DNA of 64,000 nt, from NCBI GenBank assembly GCA_002269645.1, contig NIVC01000550.1, positions 62,001 to 126,000 of the forward strand, read 5' to 3'. Shown piece by piece: positions 37,529 to 57,500 of this stretch. Both the position numbers and the translations under genes were made by a program. Every line of letters begins with the position of its first letter. Within the stretch, counting starts at the first letter, position 1. This DNA is from Macrostomum lignano (taxonomy: Eukaryota). The notes under the pieces were generated by a model. The model saw only the letters and a program-made list of their open reading frames with translations. It searched no databases and was not told where the DNA came from.

Positions 37529-38900
37529 ATTTCCAGGTCGTTGTCCCACGGCATCTTGGGTTGATTTGGTTTCCGCCTTGGCAGGACGGTGAAAGAGTCA
37601 GCGGACTGGTCCAGAGCCGGGGTCGCAGTGCGCAGTCTGCCCAGGAAGGCTGCCCGAGTCTCCGGGTTTCTCAGACCAGCTCAGATCGGGTTCAATGGGA
37701 AAGGCTTCAGCATAGTCCAGCGATGGTCTCAGGCCACCAGGTTGTGGTCAGACTTCACGCAAATAGGACGGATGCTGGTTACTCTGCGCACTCTAGACAG
37801 GAGAGCAAAGGGGCAGAAGACCCAGTCCAGCCGCGTAGCCCGCTTGCTGGGACCAAAGAAAATCGGGAGCTTGTAGAGACGCTGCCTCATAGTGCCGTTT
37901 ACGGCAATCAGATCCCTGGCCTGGGTGAAGCTGGACAGATAAGCCGAATTGGCGTTCGGCACACCACAGAAATTCTTCACTAAGCGGCCATCAGCAGGCA
38001 GGGGCGCATTGAAGTCACCGACAACAAAACTAAGATCTCGAGGCGGAGTTAGGCGGATTCAGGTTGTCGTAGAGGCCCTCGGTCTCAGTGGGGTTCTTGC
38101 TGGTGCGGAGGGCTGTCGGGAAATACACGCAGACAACATGCAGGTGCATGTCCTTCAGCGTAATTTCCGATTGACCATGCAAGGCGCTCAGACGGTAACC
38201 GGGTTTCCAGCAGGGCTTTGGTTGGACGCGGCGGGCGAGAGCAGGAAGTCAACAGCCCCGATGCCCCGGGGCGTGGCTGGGGCGGCCTTGAATTGCCATC
38301 CGAGGCCCGCGGGTCCGCACTCCTGCGATGCTCTTGGACAGCCAGAACTGAGATACCCATGCAGGTCGGCCACCAACCACGTCAGCTCCTGCAGCCTCCA
38401 CGGGTAGCTGAGACTGCGGGTGTTAAAGGTGGCGAGCCGATTCTGGGCTAGAAGTGCAGGTGGTGGTCGACTCGTCTCTCGGTCCGCTCCCCTTGCGCGT
38501 GCATTGCGGGGAGCCGGTTGGGGTGGAGGTGCCGGCCCTCGAGGCGATATGAACACCTACTGGATTTTTTAGTTGGCTGCTGTTGCAGGCGCGTCCCAAT
38601 GAATCTGCGGCGGCCATCAGAGTATCCCGTCAGAGGCCCCGTCTTCGTTGACGGCAGCAGCTATTTTGGGAGCCACCGCATTCTCTTCCAGCCACAACGC
38701 ATCTGCTGTTGTTCTTGCTGCTGGTGGCGCAAACCTCTCGATGGGTACTCGATCGCATTACGGCCAGACTGGGCAGATAGGCGGTGACTTTATTGCTAGT
38801 CAGACTATATCCCGCGGCTGCTTGACATCTGCAGCCGCCCACTGGGCCTCGGTAATGGACGCATTTCGCTCCGGCAAGTCAGCCAACTTTAAACTTTGTA
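37529..38900 (-). mobile_element. RTE/RTEX-like LINE, 5' part: frameshifted apurinic endonuclease and leader
   Basis: LATFNTRSL, GISVLAVQEHRR, RLDWV and SDH motifs in different frames; 5' boundary approximate. Confidence 0.82.
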
Positions 38901-39019
38901 GGACATTTTTGCATCTCGTGTCATACATATATACTCCGCCAACAGACAAGTGTCCACCCTTTTCTCGGTAGAATTCGTCTCTTAGTTGAGTGGCAAATCA
39001 ATCCAACAGTTTGACCATC

Positions 39020-40400
39020 GACGAAATTCGTCTATGGGTTGAAAGGTGGGGCACTTTCTAAAGCGTACCATTGTCGGCTGATTTTCCATGCAAGAATGGC
39101 ATTCTTGCACTCTTTTGCGTGCAGGAATGGATGTCTATGGTAAAATCTCACTGAAAAAGCATTAGGCGCAGAAATGCATTCCTGCACGGTTTTGTGCATT
39201 CCTGCACGATGAATCATCCGACAATGGAATTCCTTCACGTTCACTCGTGCGTGAAGGAATATATCATTCTTATTTGATCCAGCGTGCAAGAATGCTTTGG
39301 AAGTCGCCATATGCGTGCAGAAATGCAAGTGTCTATGGTAAAAGCACCTTGAATTTACATGTGCACTCCGTGCAGGAATGTCAATCGTGCAAGAATGTAA
39401 TGCGCAATGTTTCTATATTTAGCATATCAGCCATAGACTACAAGCATAATTTTCTTTCCATCGTGCAAGAATGTTCAGACTAGCTCGCGCATATTTTGTC
39501 TATGGTTCAAGTCTAACTCCACACCACCAGCTCCACCCTTGTCTACTTTAGCCACACATGTTGGATCAAATAAGAATGGGAATCAAGCACTTTGACTCGT
39601 CAGCGTGCTAGATTCCTCCATTCAGCGAGAAAATTCGCCACAAAATGTGCTCAGCTGCTGCAGGCGATAGCGGGCACTCAACTGAGAGCCGAAATTCTCC
39701 TGAGAAGGACACTTTTGTCTGCTACAGAGTATAATAGTATAAACGGCGCCCTCTGATTTTCCCATTAACGCCCTTAAGGCATGGGTCGTATTACTATTAT
39801 TGTGTCATAGACATTTGTGTCCTTGACAAAGTGGGACAGAATAATCGGGCGTCAAATGTCATTAACTGCCCGCTAATTTGCATTAAATTAAGTTTGACAT
39901 AGACAATCGGGCGTTAAATGTCATTAACTGCCCGCTAATTTTGATATTTCTTTCCTGCAAGCGGGCTTAAATGTATTCTGTGGCATTAAAAGGCAAGATC
40001 AGAGAATAAGTGCCCAGCGGGCACAATTAAGGTCATGGTACAACAATGCCGTTTAAGATTGCCTCCGGGTACGCACTCAAAATTGAGCACACGGAACTTC
40101 TCGAAGACTCTTTGAAGCTCCAGGCTGCATCATTTTCTCTAATATACTTTTAGATCGAGGATTAATACAGATCGTAACATAATATCAAGTATACAGTGAT
40201 AGAGTATATGCACATTCCCAATCTAACTAGCCAGCATATTATAATAGCTTAGTATAATTTACACTCTTATTAAAATTAAATTATTCTAGTTAACTGGATA
40301 TCGTTTGCAGCTTTTTGCCATAGACTAAAGTTCAGGCTCTCGTTCTCACTTCGTGAAATTTTAGTCCGTCATTTTAACCATAGACTATTTAACCATATAG
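39020..40400. mobile_element. Cluster of degraded DNA-transposon ends (CCATAGAC/GTCTATGG) with GCAAGAATG-type subterminal repeats
   Basis: About 9 occurrences of the terminal motif in both orientations; no clean TSD pairing. Confidence 0.4.
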
Positions 40401-41913
40401 ATAGCTGCTTGCTGCATGCAGACCTGTCCGCGTCAGTTCGTATTTAAAGACTCTGTCACTCCTCTTCAACCTCCCCTGAAATCGCTTCTACAAATGTAAA
40501 ATATATACTCATGCAGCGCCCTAGCTTGCAACCGGCTCCAGTCTAGAATACGCTTTCTTCGGTTTTTTCGAGTAAGTTGACTATACCTCGGATTAATATA
40601 TATTCTGTTCATAACTATTTGATGACGAAAACCATCCAGTCTTTATTACCGGTCCCTTACACGCTGCAGGTTGCAAGTAGAGCAGTCTTTGTGATCTGCT
40701 AAATTTAATGTAAACAAACAAGATTATTCAGTTGTCACTGCAGTGTGTGGGTCTTTGTACTGAATATTTCGTTGGTTGATATTTAGAATTTCCTGCGTGA
40801 TTTAAATGCGCAATCGCTCTCGATCGTTAACAACGCGCGTCAGAGTCTTGTACCACGCCCTGGATCAATCCCCTGCACGGCACAGAAAGCACACACCTGA
40901 CGATTAGAAAGTCATTGGACCTCTCTGTACACCGGCCCTGTTTGAGAGCAAGTTTTTTCAGATGGATTTCATTATTATTTGTAAAATGAAGGTTTAATTA
41001 AAGAAACAAACTAAGAAATCACGAAAGTAATTAGAAAATCCCTTGCCAAACTGCAGAGAGCGGAGTTCGCTTCGGCCAAGCACCCGCATCGTCATCATCA
41101 AGTTCAGGTCCGATCCAAAACTGTCTCACGCTGGCGCCGAGCCGCAGGGTGCAATTCCAACCTCCAAACGAGACTGCAGTCAGCTACGTCAGGTACTTCT
41201 TCAACGCCTCCTGACCGTCAACGCCAAGGGCTATACCCAAAGTGCATAACTGAGAGTGAGTTCGATCGTAATCAAGAGCTGGCACGCAGAACATTATCCA
41301 CAGCAACTACGGCTGCTACTCACACCACCTCTCGTTCTGACGAGTGAAGAGGAGCGAGCTGTGCTACTTCAAGTGTAGGAAGTGATTTTATGACCTTCAC
41401 CGGTTTTGTTTCTTCCATCGTAAAAATTGCAAAAAAATCCAAGTTGTCAAATAAACAATTCTCAGTCGATAATTCGTGTTGCTAGATCGTTTATTAGCTT
41501 TGAATGTTTCTCTATTTTTTAATTTGAATAATGATCGAATAGCGTAAATAACTGCTGTGCTATAGTGAAGATTTGTTAATTTGTTGCTGAACTATGGTTT
41601 GACCAAGAGAACAGAATAAATCGATCGATTAAAAATGGACTATATATATAGCATAGGACAAAATACTTTTTTGTTAGAATTTTCGTTTACTATTTTTTAT
41701 AGCTTGCTTGGGATCTTCATGGGCATTTTAGAAGAATCATATTTAACTTTATAAAATTGTGAAGCAACTATATGATGGGACCCATAATTGCATTGTTTGT
41801 AGGTATTGCAGATGGGGACATATTTTGTACTATTTATTCTAGCTGGCCTTAGAATAAAATATATTATCTGGGAAAACTTAGGCCTACCATGATCGCTAAA
41901 ATCCTGCTATATG

Positions 41914-43062
41914 CAAGGACTACTTAACCACTCAGGACGTTACACTTGCGAAAATGGTAGAAATTCTAGAAAAGGCCGCTTGCTCCGCTGTGTCTATGGC
42001 AATGAAGCCTTTTCACTAACAAACTCTCATACTCTCAGTGCAAGGTTTAAACAAAGTGAAGCAACAATTTTTGTTTTTCGTCCTAACTCTTATAACACGT
42101 TCTTTTTGTTCAAAATGCCAATCAATGCTGCGTCCCAGGATGCAGAAGCAATTATAGAAGCAGCGAAAAATGCACTGTTTTCGGGCTTTCCAAAGGAAGA
42201 AGCTGAAGCTGAGGCATGGCTCAAATGCGTTGCCTGTGCAAGTTAAGGTAATTCATGTAACTTTTGACCCTAATTTCTCGTTCCTACTATAAAGATACGC
42301 GAGTGACTGTATTGCGGTGTTTATTCAATTTTATCTGTAGAAGGCTAGCATCTACATGGGAGTTGGGTTTTCAGCACAGGCTGCAGCGCAGTCAACTGAA
42401 AGCAATTTTCAACATGACGCGCAGCTATGAAAGCTATGAAATCTCTGCAATCCCTGCAGCTCATTCTCACATAGCTACGCTTCAGTCGATCTGTCTACCG
42501 GTAAAATCATCTGTTCCACGTCAGCAATTTCTTCTAGGCGATTCTGGGCAGCGTTGTGTTGACAGTTCCGTGCTTGTTTGAGAAAATATTCGAAAAAAAT
42601 TCTGTGTACGAGTGTCTCGAAGGCTGGCCAACTCTATCTATATAGGAATCCGAGACTTCAGGCAGAGAATCCGAGACTTTCAGGCAATCAACCACCGCTT
42701 GCTCTCGCCGACTTCGCCCACTGAAACCTAGCTGAATGTCTCTTTTAAACATCTTTATGTTCATCTGGATATATTTCGCCTTATACAGTTGTATACAGAG
42801 TTCCATCAGTTGCATATATCCTATTCTTTAATTGTAATGTACTTCTTGTACCGACTATATTTGTATTTATTAATTATATATTCGTAAAAATATATATATA
42901 TATAGCGAACAGTTTATGAGCACCTACCACTAGATAGGTTAGCACTTGCTTCTTTATCGAAAAAGCTTATTGAAAAGCCATAGAAACAGCTAAAGCAAGC
43001 GGCCTTTTCTAGAATTTCTACCAATCGCGAGTGTAACGTCCTGAGTTGTTAAGTAGTCCTTG
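41914..43062. mobile_element. 1.15-kb non-autonomous DNA transposon with ~85-bp TIRs (CAAGGACTACTTAAC...)
   Basis: 41914-41998 is the imperfect reverse complement of ~42975-43062; no TSD identified. Confidence 0.75.
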
Positions 43063-44178
43063 TAGCTATGCAGCAAAAGCTGCAGGGGGGGTTCCAGAGA
43101 TTTGCGAGCGCAGTGTCGATCATCACTAATTAATTTGTTGTCCATAGTTTGAGTCTTTCTCATTAGACAAGTCAATCTCTGCATGCAAGCCATCCCCGAT
43201 TCACTCTACTACGACACATGCAGCTGCTTTTTAAATATCAGGCTCAGGCTCCCAGCTGATATCCTTTTATATCGCATAATTTTTTGTTCTCTGTGTTGTA
43301 TCTGATTCACTGCAATTGGTCGACCGAGCTACATGTACATACTCACGCCTTGGGAGGCGCTAAAAATTGTTTAGTTTAAACTTAAAATCTTGCTTAACAT
43401 GTCTCGGCCACAGCTCTGTAAGTCGACATGAACATGTACATGTATACCTGCAGTATAAAAACAATTGCATTTCTTTAGCATGCATGCATGTATTGTCAAC
43501 TAGGTGGAGAGTGACAGGAGAGAAAGAGTTCATAATTGCCTATCAAAGTTGCGTATTAGTATTTTTATTTAATCACTGAATTAATCGTTTTTTTGCTGAC
43601 ATAAAGACGAAATTGAAATTTTCTGAAAGCAATTGTTGGCCCATCCATGCATCCACCTACCTTTAGCGGGTTATATCTGTCAAGATTTTTAAACAAGCAA
43701 AAGTTAATACATTTTACTCAGTCAAGATGCAGCTTCACAAAAGTCCTTTAAAAGTTAAAGTGAGTTTTTTTATGTCGAAAGCATTATAATAATTATTATG
43801 GTTTTCAAAGGTTCATATTTCCAGGAAGCTGTTAGTAACTGGGCGGGGACCATACTGTACAAACAATCGTACATGTCAAAGCACGATCGAATAAGGCACA
43901 CGCATGACGCATGAGCTGTCAGTTATAAGCTTGTTTCTATAGGGTATACTTTAAATATTTTTCTGATCTACCAATTATTATTTGAGAGGATTCTTAAATT
44001 AACATTGTTTCTTTTCTAAATTTACATTGTTTACTATATAGGTCATAATATTTCTTGTTTGAACAGCTTCAAATCAAAGCTCCTATCTAAATCTGACTGC
44101 TGCTTTAGTTTTGTATTACAGCATTAGATAATTTGCTTCTTTTCATTCTTGTCAGTAATATATTAACCTATTGTTGCA

Positions 44179-51083
<6,905 letters not shown>

Positions 51084-51831
51084 AAGAATATATCGATCAC
51101 AGCTTGTGCTCCCTACTATACTACTGTTACTACTACTGACTAAACTGCAAAGATTTTAAAAGTTCCAGTCCGTAATATTATATCATATTCGTAATCTTCA
51201 TAGTTTAATTCTGAATAAATAAAGTTTAGTTACGTTAGTTTTTTAGTTCATTCCTTTACTACTCGCTACTACTGGCCCCTACTATTGATAGTAGTTAGAG
51301 CGAGTTTTTCTCTCTTATTCTTTCATTTCTAGATTTGATCATTAAATTGTTCGTAGTTGAAAAAAACTGTTTTGTGCATAAAATTGCAGTTGTTTTAAAT
51401 TATCTAAAATACTAACTTAGGTTAACAACAATTATGCTCGTTTTTATAACTGATTGTTTTGTTAAAATTAGTCTACTTATCTGATATATTATCGTCCGGT
51501 GGCAATAAGTCCTGACGCATATCTACCTACTGACAAAGTAGTAGTGGACCAAAATCTGTGTTATTAAAGGAAAATTAATATCTCAAATTGAATTTCATTC
51601 CTGTGCTTTGTTTTATGTTTCAATTATTCTCATCGGATCAGCTGAAGCATAAAATTCCGCATAATCTATTTATTTTTATTTGGTATCTATTGTATGAATA
51701 TTTTACTTCAGTTTAATACCGCATACAGTACTGTAATGGCCATAAATTTGCGTATTGTTGTTTGATTATGCTAAAATGCACATTTTACCTTTAATTAATG
51801 CTGCTTAATTGTTTTGTTTTTTTATTTGTAG

Positions 51832-53490
51832 CTCCCATACTATGATGGATCAATGCCACATCCACCGATTCTTCAGGTGTGCCGCTGACCCCATCCACCG
51901 ATTCTTCAGGTGTGCCGCTGACCCCATCCATCCACCGATTCTTCAGGTGTGCCGCTGACCCCATCCACCGATTCTTCGGTGTTCCTCTGCCCCATCCACC
52001 GATTCTTCAGGTGTTCCGCTGACCCCATCCACCGATTCTTCGGTGTTCCGCTGACCCCATCCACCGATTCTTCAGGTGTGCCGCTGACCCCATCCATCCA
52101 CCGATTCTTCAGGTGTGCCGCTGACCCCATCCACCGATTCTTCGGTGTTCCTCTGCCCCATCCACCGATTCTTCAGGTGTTCCGCTGACCCCATCCACCG
52201 ATTCTTCGGTGTTCCGCTGACCCCATCCACCGATTCTTCGGTGTTCCTCTGCCCCATCCACCGATTCTTCAGGTGTTCCGCTGACCCCATCCACCGATTC
52301 TTCAGGTGTTCCGCTGACCCCATTCATCCACCGATTCTTCAGGTGTGCCGCTGACCCCATCCACCGATTCTTCAGGTGTTCCGCTGACCCCATCCACCGA
52401 TTTTTCGGTGTTCCGCTGACCCCATCCACCGATTCTTCAGGTGTGCCGCTGACCCCATCCACCGATTCTTCGGTGTTCCGCTGACCCCATCCACCGATTC
52501 TTCGGTGTTCCGCTGCCCCATCCACCGATTCTTCAGGTGTTCCTCTGCCCCATCCACCGATTCTTCAGGTGTTCCGCTGACCCCATCCACCGATTCTTCA
52601 GGTGTCCCGCTGACCCCATCTATCCACCGATTCTTCAGGTGTGCCGCTGACCCCACCTACCGATTCTTCAGGTGTGCCTCTGCCCCATCCATATATCCTT
52701 CAGGTGGGTTGCCAGTCCTAAACATTCAGGTGGGTCGCCAGTCCTAAACATTCAGGTGTTTCGCTTGATTTTTCAGCAAGGCTTGTTAACTACGGCATCG
52801 GGTAAGCAGCAGTCTGCTGTAGTAGACGAGGCGGACAGGAATTCAAATCATTCTCAGCATCACCATCAGCAGCAGGACTCGAAGCGTCAAGCTCGAAGCG
52901 ATTCCGAACGACGCCGGCGGAATGGCATCAAAGCGGCGTACGATGAATTGGACGCAGCAATCGACGAGGCGATGTTGATCACAGCTAGCTCGGCCAGCGA
53001 CTCCAGCCAGCAGTCGACGCGCAGTCGTGCAGCCGTACTGGAAGCCGCCGCGGCCACTATTGAATCGTTGCGACGTGATCTAGATGACGGCGAAGGTCGT
53101 CTGGCGTCGCTGCGTCGACGCGTTGACGCTGCTGAGGCGGTGCGTCGCGGCTACAGGCTTCGATTGCAGCAGAAGTCGGCCGATTCCAATGCAGCTCAAC
53201 AAAACGCTCGCTATCGTCAACGGGAAGCCGCTCGTCAACAGTTGAATGCGTTTCGTCGCTCTGTCGGCATCTTCGAAACCAGTTTTATTCGAGAAGTTTA
53301 TCTTCCGTTGGAATCTGATAAGCAGGACTCGAGCCGATATGTTGAGCAGTTGTCTTGCCATTTCGACACTTGGTTGCAGTCGCATTTTCAACCACACGAA
53401 TTAGTAGCTATTGGTGAGGCGGCTGTTCAAGAAGTTAACGATGAAGCTGCTTGTCTAGAGGCTCCGGCTGCTAGCGGAAGGGGGCAGTAA
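51832..53490 (+). CDS. MLX: MLX-like bHLH-ZIP protein; exons 51832 (or ATG at 51853)..51876 and 52756 or 52777..53490; start uncertain
   Basis: KRQARSDSERRRRNGIKAAYDEL and RSRAAVLE align with the MLX basic/HLH region (RRRAHTQAEQKRRDAIKRGYDDL; KLSKAIVLQ). C-terminal EQLSCHFDTWLQSHFQPHEL aligns with the MLX DCD region. Confidence 0.75.
51857..52760. repeat. ~33-bp minisatellite CCATCCACCGATTCTTCAGGTGTGCCGCTGACC forming the MLX-like intron
   Basis: About 25 copies; the first copy overlaps the exon and donor. Confidence 0.95.
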
Positions 53491-54563
53491 ATGCATTGTA
53501 TGTTCCTGATTCATTGCATCGCTCAAACTGAGATAGATAGATTTTTATTTGGCCACTGGTGACCAGATTTATTACACAACAATTGATTTTAAATTCTTTA
53601 TTACTGATCGAAGAGTTAATCGTTTCTTAATTTAAACATCACATTCATACGCTCCTATACACGCAGTCTAAACTGGTTAGACGCTCTCTCCTGTAGATAA
53701 CGATGCGAGTATCCGTGCTAATATTATTGTTCGCAATAAAAGAAAATTTAGTATGCATGTAGATTTCAGATTTGTATATTTTATTTCTTATATTTTTTCG
53801 TTCAGAGGACTAGCCCATGTCTTTACCTAGTAAATTTAGTGTTTTAGCCAAGAAAGTCTTTTTTTTAATTACTGCAAACTAAGATTCGCAAATACAAAAG
53901 AAATTCTGTATTTTAATTCTAAATCTTACTCGCAAACAAAAGATTCGTTGTTGCCACTGTCTTCTTTTTTATGCAAGGTGGTGTTTACTTTGCCGTTTTT
54001 GATACACAGATTTAGCGTAAGTGTACATGTTAGTCTCATGAAAATCAAATGCATGGGCATTGTTCTACATGCCAATTCGTTCCTAATCAGACAAGATTGT
54101 TGCATCTTGAAATACTTCACCAATTTAAATATTCATTTGTGTTTATCTGAGGCTTTATAGTCCTAGTGATGCGACAAAGAGGGCTATATGAATGTATGGT
54201 TATCACGGTGAAATTAACAGTAGCGCAAAGTTTATCTTTATATGATACCAGCTAAGTTTGAAATGCGCTTTAGGCAGTGGACTAAAGGATAATTAAAGTG
54301 AATAACATTTTGCAAATGCGTACAAACTTTGTTTTACTTGTGCTTTACGTTGCTTTGAGCAAACTGCAAAAATCCAGTCTAGACGTTAACGCTCATATTA
54401 TTCTTCTCCTAAATATCCAGGTTTGTCTTACATAATTATTAATAGCGTGCGTCCTCATCCACTTTACGTAGTTTTTCTGATAAAAATGCAAAGTAAGTTC
54501 TTATTAAGATTCAATGAAGCTGTATATATGGTCTGTCAATTATTTTAACTACATGTGTAAACT

Positions 54564-57500
54564 ATGACATGTGTGAGTTCTGGTATGTAGGCGGGGGTAG
54601 GCCTAAGGTCTATGCTGGGCTTAACTTAAAGCAGGGGTTTGTGAATTTAATTGACAGTCTTATTGAATTTTTATGCACAATCAAAATTTTACTTTAAAGC
54701 AAACAATGTAACGTATAGTTTGAAAAAAATCGGTTAAGCCGTTTTTTCTCTAACTAATTGATCACATAGAATATAGATACCTACCTACCGACAAACCTTT
54801 TTAGTATGAGATTTTCAGTATATAGGATAGACTAGGCCTATATGTTATTTGGGAGTCTACTTTACTTAGTTTAGCCGTTTGATATGATAGATATATTATC
54901 TAAACAAAAATTAGGCTTCCTAGCTTCTGTTGATAAGCTGAAACTTTTTAGCCCCCCCCCCCTAGTGCAATTACTTGATTTACATGACCTACAATACAGT
55001 TATTTATAAATGTATTTGTACAGTTATGTATAGTTTAGTATTGTGTATGGTAGGCTAGCTATCTTTTCTATTGCTATGCAAGTTTTGAAACAAACTAATA
55101 TGTGATTGTAGGCCTAACTCTATCCCTGTTTAATAAAAGGATCATATATGTGCCATTGCTAGGCTTAGTCAATCTAGCTAGTGCAAATTATAAGTTGCAA
55201 CAATTTCAACAAACTTACTAAGGTTTAGTTATAATAAAGACCAATATATTTCATCATTTGATAGTTTTAGCCAATTTAGACAAGACAATTAGACTATTAA
55301 AAAGTTTAAGGTTTCTTTGTTTTTTATAAAGAAGTTAAAAAGCAAAGTTGCATGGCTTATTTTTAGATTTAGGCAATTTTTAGATTTTAGAAGTTTTCAT
55401 ATCTATAAGGGGAAATCCAAAAATCGAGGGCAAGTTTTATGAAAATTCGTTTTTTGGCAATTTGAAAGCAATAAAGCTATAAAATAAATTTATTCAAGTT
55501 TTTAAAAAGTAAAAAAGTCTATTAAAGCACAAATTATTTTCGTATAGCTTTATTTTTAATAAAATGATTTGTTAAAACGGTAAGTTTAATTACGACCTAA
55601 AATGAGTCTAATGAAAATGATTGAAAAGCTAAAATAATGTATTTTATTAACTTTAACTATCTTATAATGTTACACTCTATAATTCTACAACATATTTAAC
55701 ATTATTTTAAGGTTTTATTTGTTTATCACTTTTGTTACTCTTGACAACGTGTATTTTGTAGAGTTCATTTGCAATAAATTGTATTCAACGTAAGTTTATT
55801 ATTTAAACATACAAATTCCTGTAAGGATCGGAAAATTGCATTTTACTCAGCTTCTACTAAAGCGATTTGGAAAATTCTTTTTTTCCTGCATACACGCCGC
55901 GATGATACATGTTTTAGTGTAATTTCATTGTTCTTCGTCGCTTAATAAGCATACAGTAAGCATCTGATTTGGAAGCCGGGTAACACATTGGAATTCCCAT
56001 AAGGATTGGAAAATTGCATTTTACTCAGCTTCTACTGAAGCGATTTGGAAAATTCTTTTTTTCCTGCATACACGCCGCGATGATACATGTTTTAGTGTAA
56101 TTTCATTGTTCTTCGTTGCTTAATAAGCATACAGTAAGTATCTGATTTGGAAGCCGGGTAACACATTGGAATTCCCATAAGGATTGGAAAATTGCATTTT
56201 ACTCAGCTTCTACTGAAGCGATTTGGAAAATTCTTTTTTTCCTGCATACACGCCGCGATGATACATGTTTTAGTGTAATTTCATTGTTCTTCGCGGCTTA
56301 ATAAGCATACAGTAAGTATCTGATTTGGAAGCCGGGTAACACATTGGAATTCCCATAAGGATTGGAAAATTGCATTTTACTCAGCTTCTACTGGAGCGAT
56401 TTGGAAAATTCTTTTTTTCCTGCATACACGCCGCGATGATACATGTTTTAGTGTAATTTCATTGTTCTTCGTCGCTTAATGAGCATACAATACAGTAAGC
56501 ATCTGATTTGGATGCCGGGTTCACATTTTGTGGTACCATTTTTTACCCAAAATTTTTAAGTCTAAATATAGGCATATTACAAATACTAATACTATGCAAG
56601 TTGATATTTAAATGAAAGAAAACAACTTAAAGATTATTTTGCAACAAGGAATTAGCGATATATTTACTTTTAGAAAAAGATGTTTGCTGGCAAACTTTGC
56701 ACTTTATATTAGTATGAATTTTTGCAAGTTTATATGGTTTTAGAAAAACTTTGAAATCCTTAGAAATACTTCATCTTTTTGAATTGAATAAAAAGTAAAA
56801 CACAGATTACTTTCTGTTTTGTAAGTAGTAAAAAAATTAGCCTTCTCTAAGGCCTACAAGTCTTAAAATTAATTGTTTAATAATGAAAAAAAGTGAAACA
56901 AAAAATTGCAAATCGGTCAACTCGGACTTTCAAAATGCTTTTTTGTGGTTTTTTCTTATTTATTCAACAATATAAAGCATGAAAACAATAGTTTTTATCA
57001 AGAACTATTTTCTAAAGACCTATCTATCTTTCAAAAACCTTTTTTAGATACATTACTTTCCATCGAATGTCCGCAGATTTGTTTTACCGTTTTATCCCAC
57101 GTTTTTGGATTTCGCCATAAATATACATCATCTAAAGTAAAGCCAAGATGCTTTCTTTATAATGTTTACTAAAGGTTGTGCTCTTAGCTTGCCTTAAGTA
57201 AATTAAAAAAGGTTTCTTAATCTTAAAGTATTTCTATTATATCTTTACCTAATATATAACAATAGATTTATAGTTGCTATCAATCTAAGATAACATGATT
57301 TTTGTTGCATATGAAAAATAAAACAATGTTTTTTAAAGATGAATACATGACCTAGATTTCTTGACAAGAATTGTTATTAAGACCTATATGTATTGTTGTA
57401 GGGGTATTCCTGTACGATACAAAGTCCTACTGCTATTACCAAAGTTGTCCTAGGGCTTTGTCTCTCTATAAAATCTCAATCGCTGACACCAAGCTGTTAC

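Noticed and set aside
41043-41390. Possible LINE ORF1 or zinc-knuckle remnants (RIVIIKF; CYFKC)
   Set aside because: Only a few residues of motif; no continuous frame
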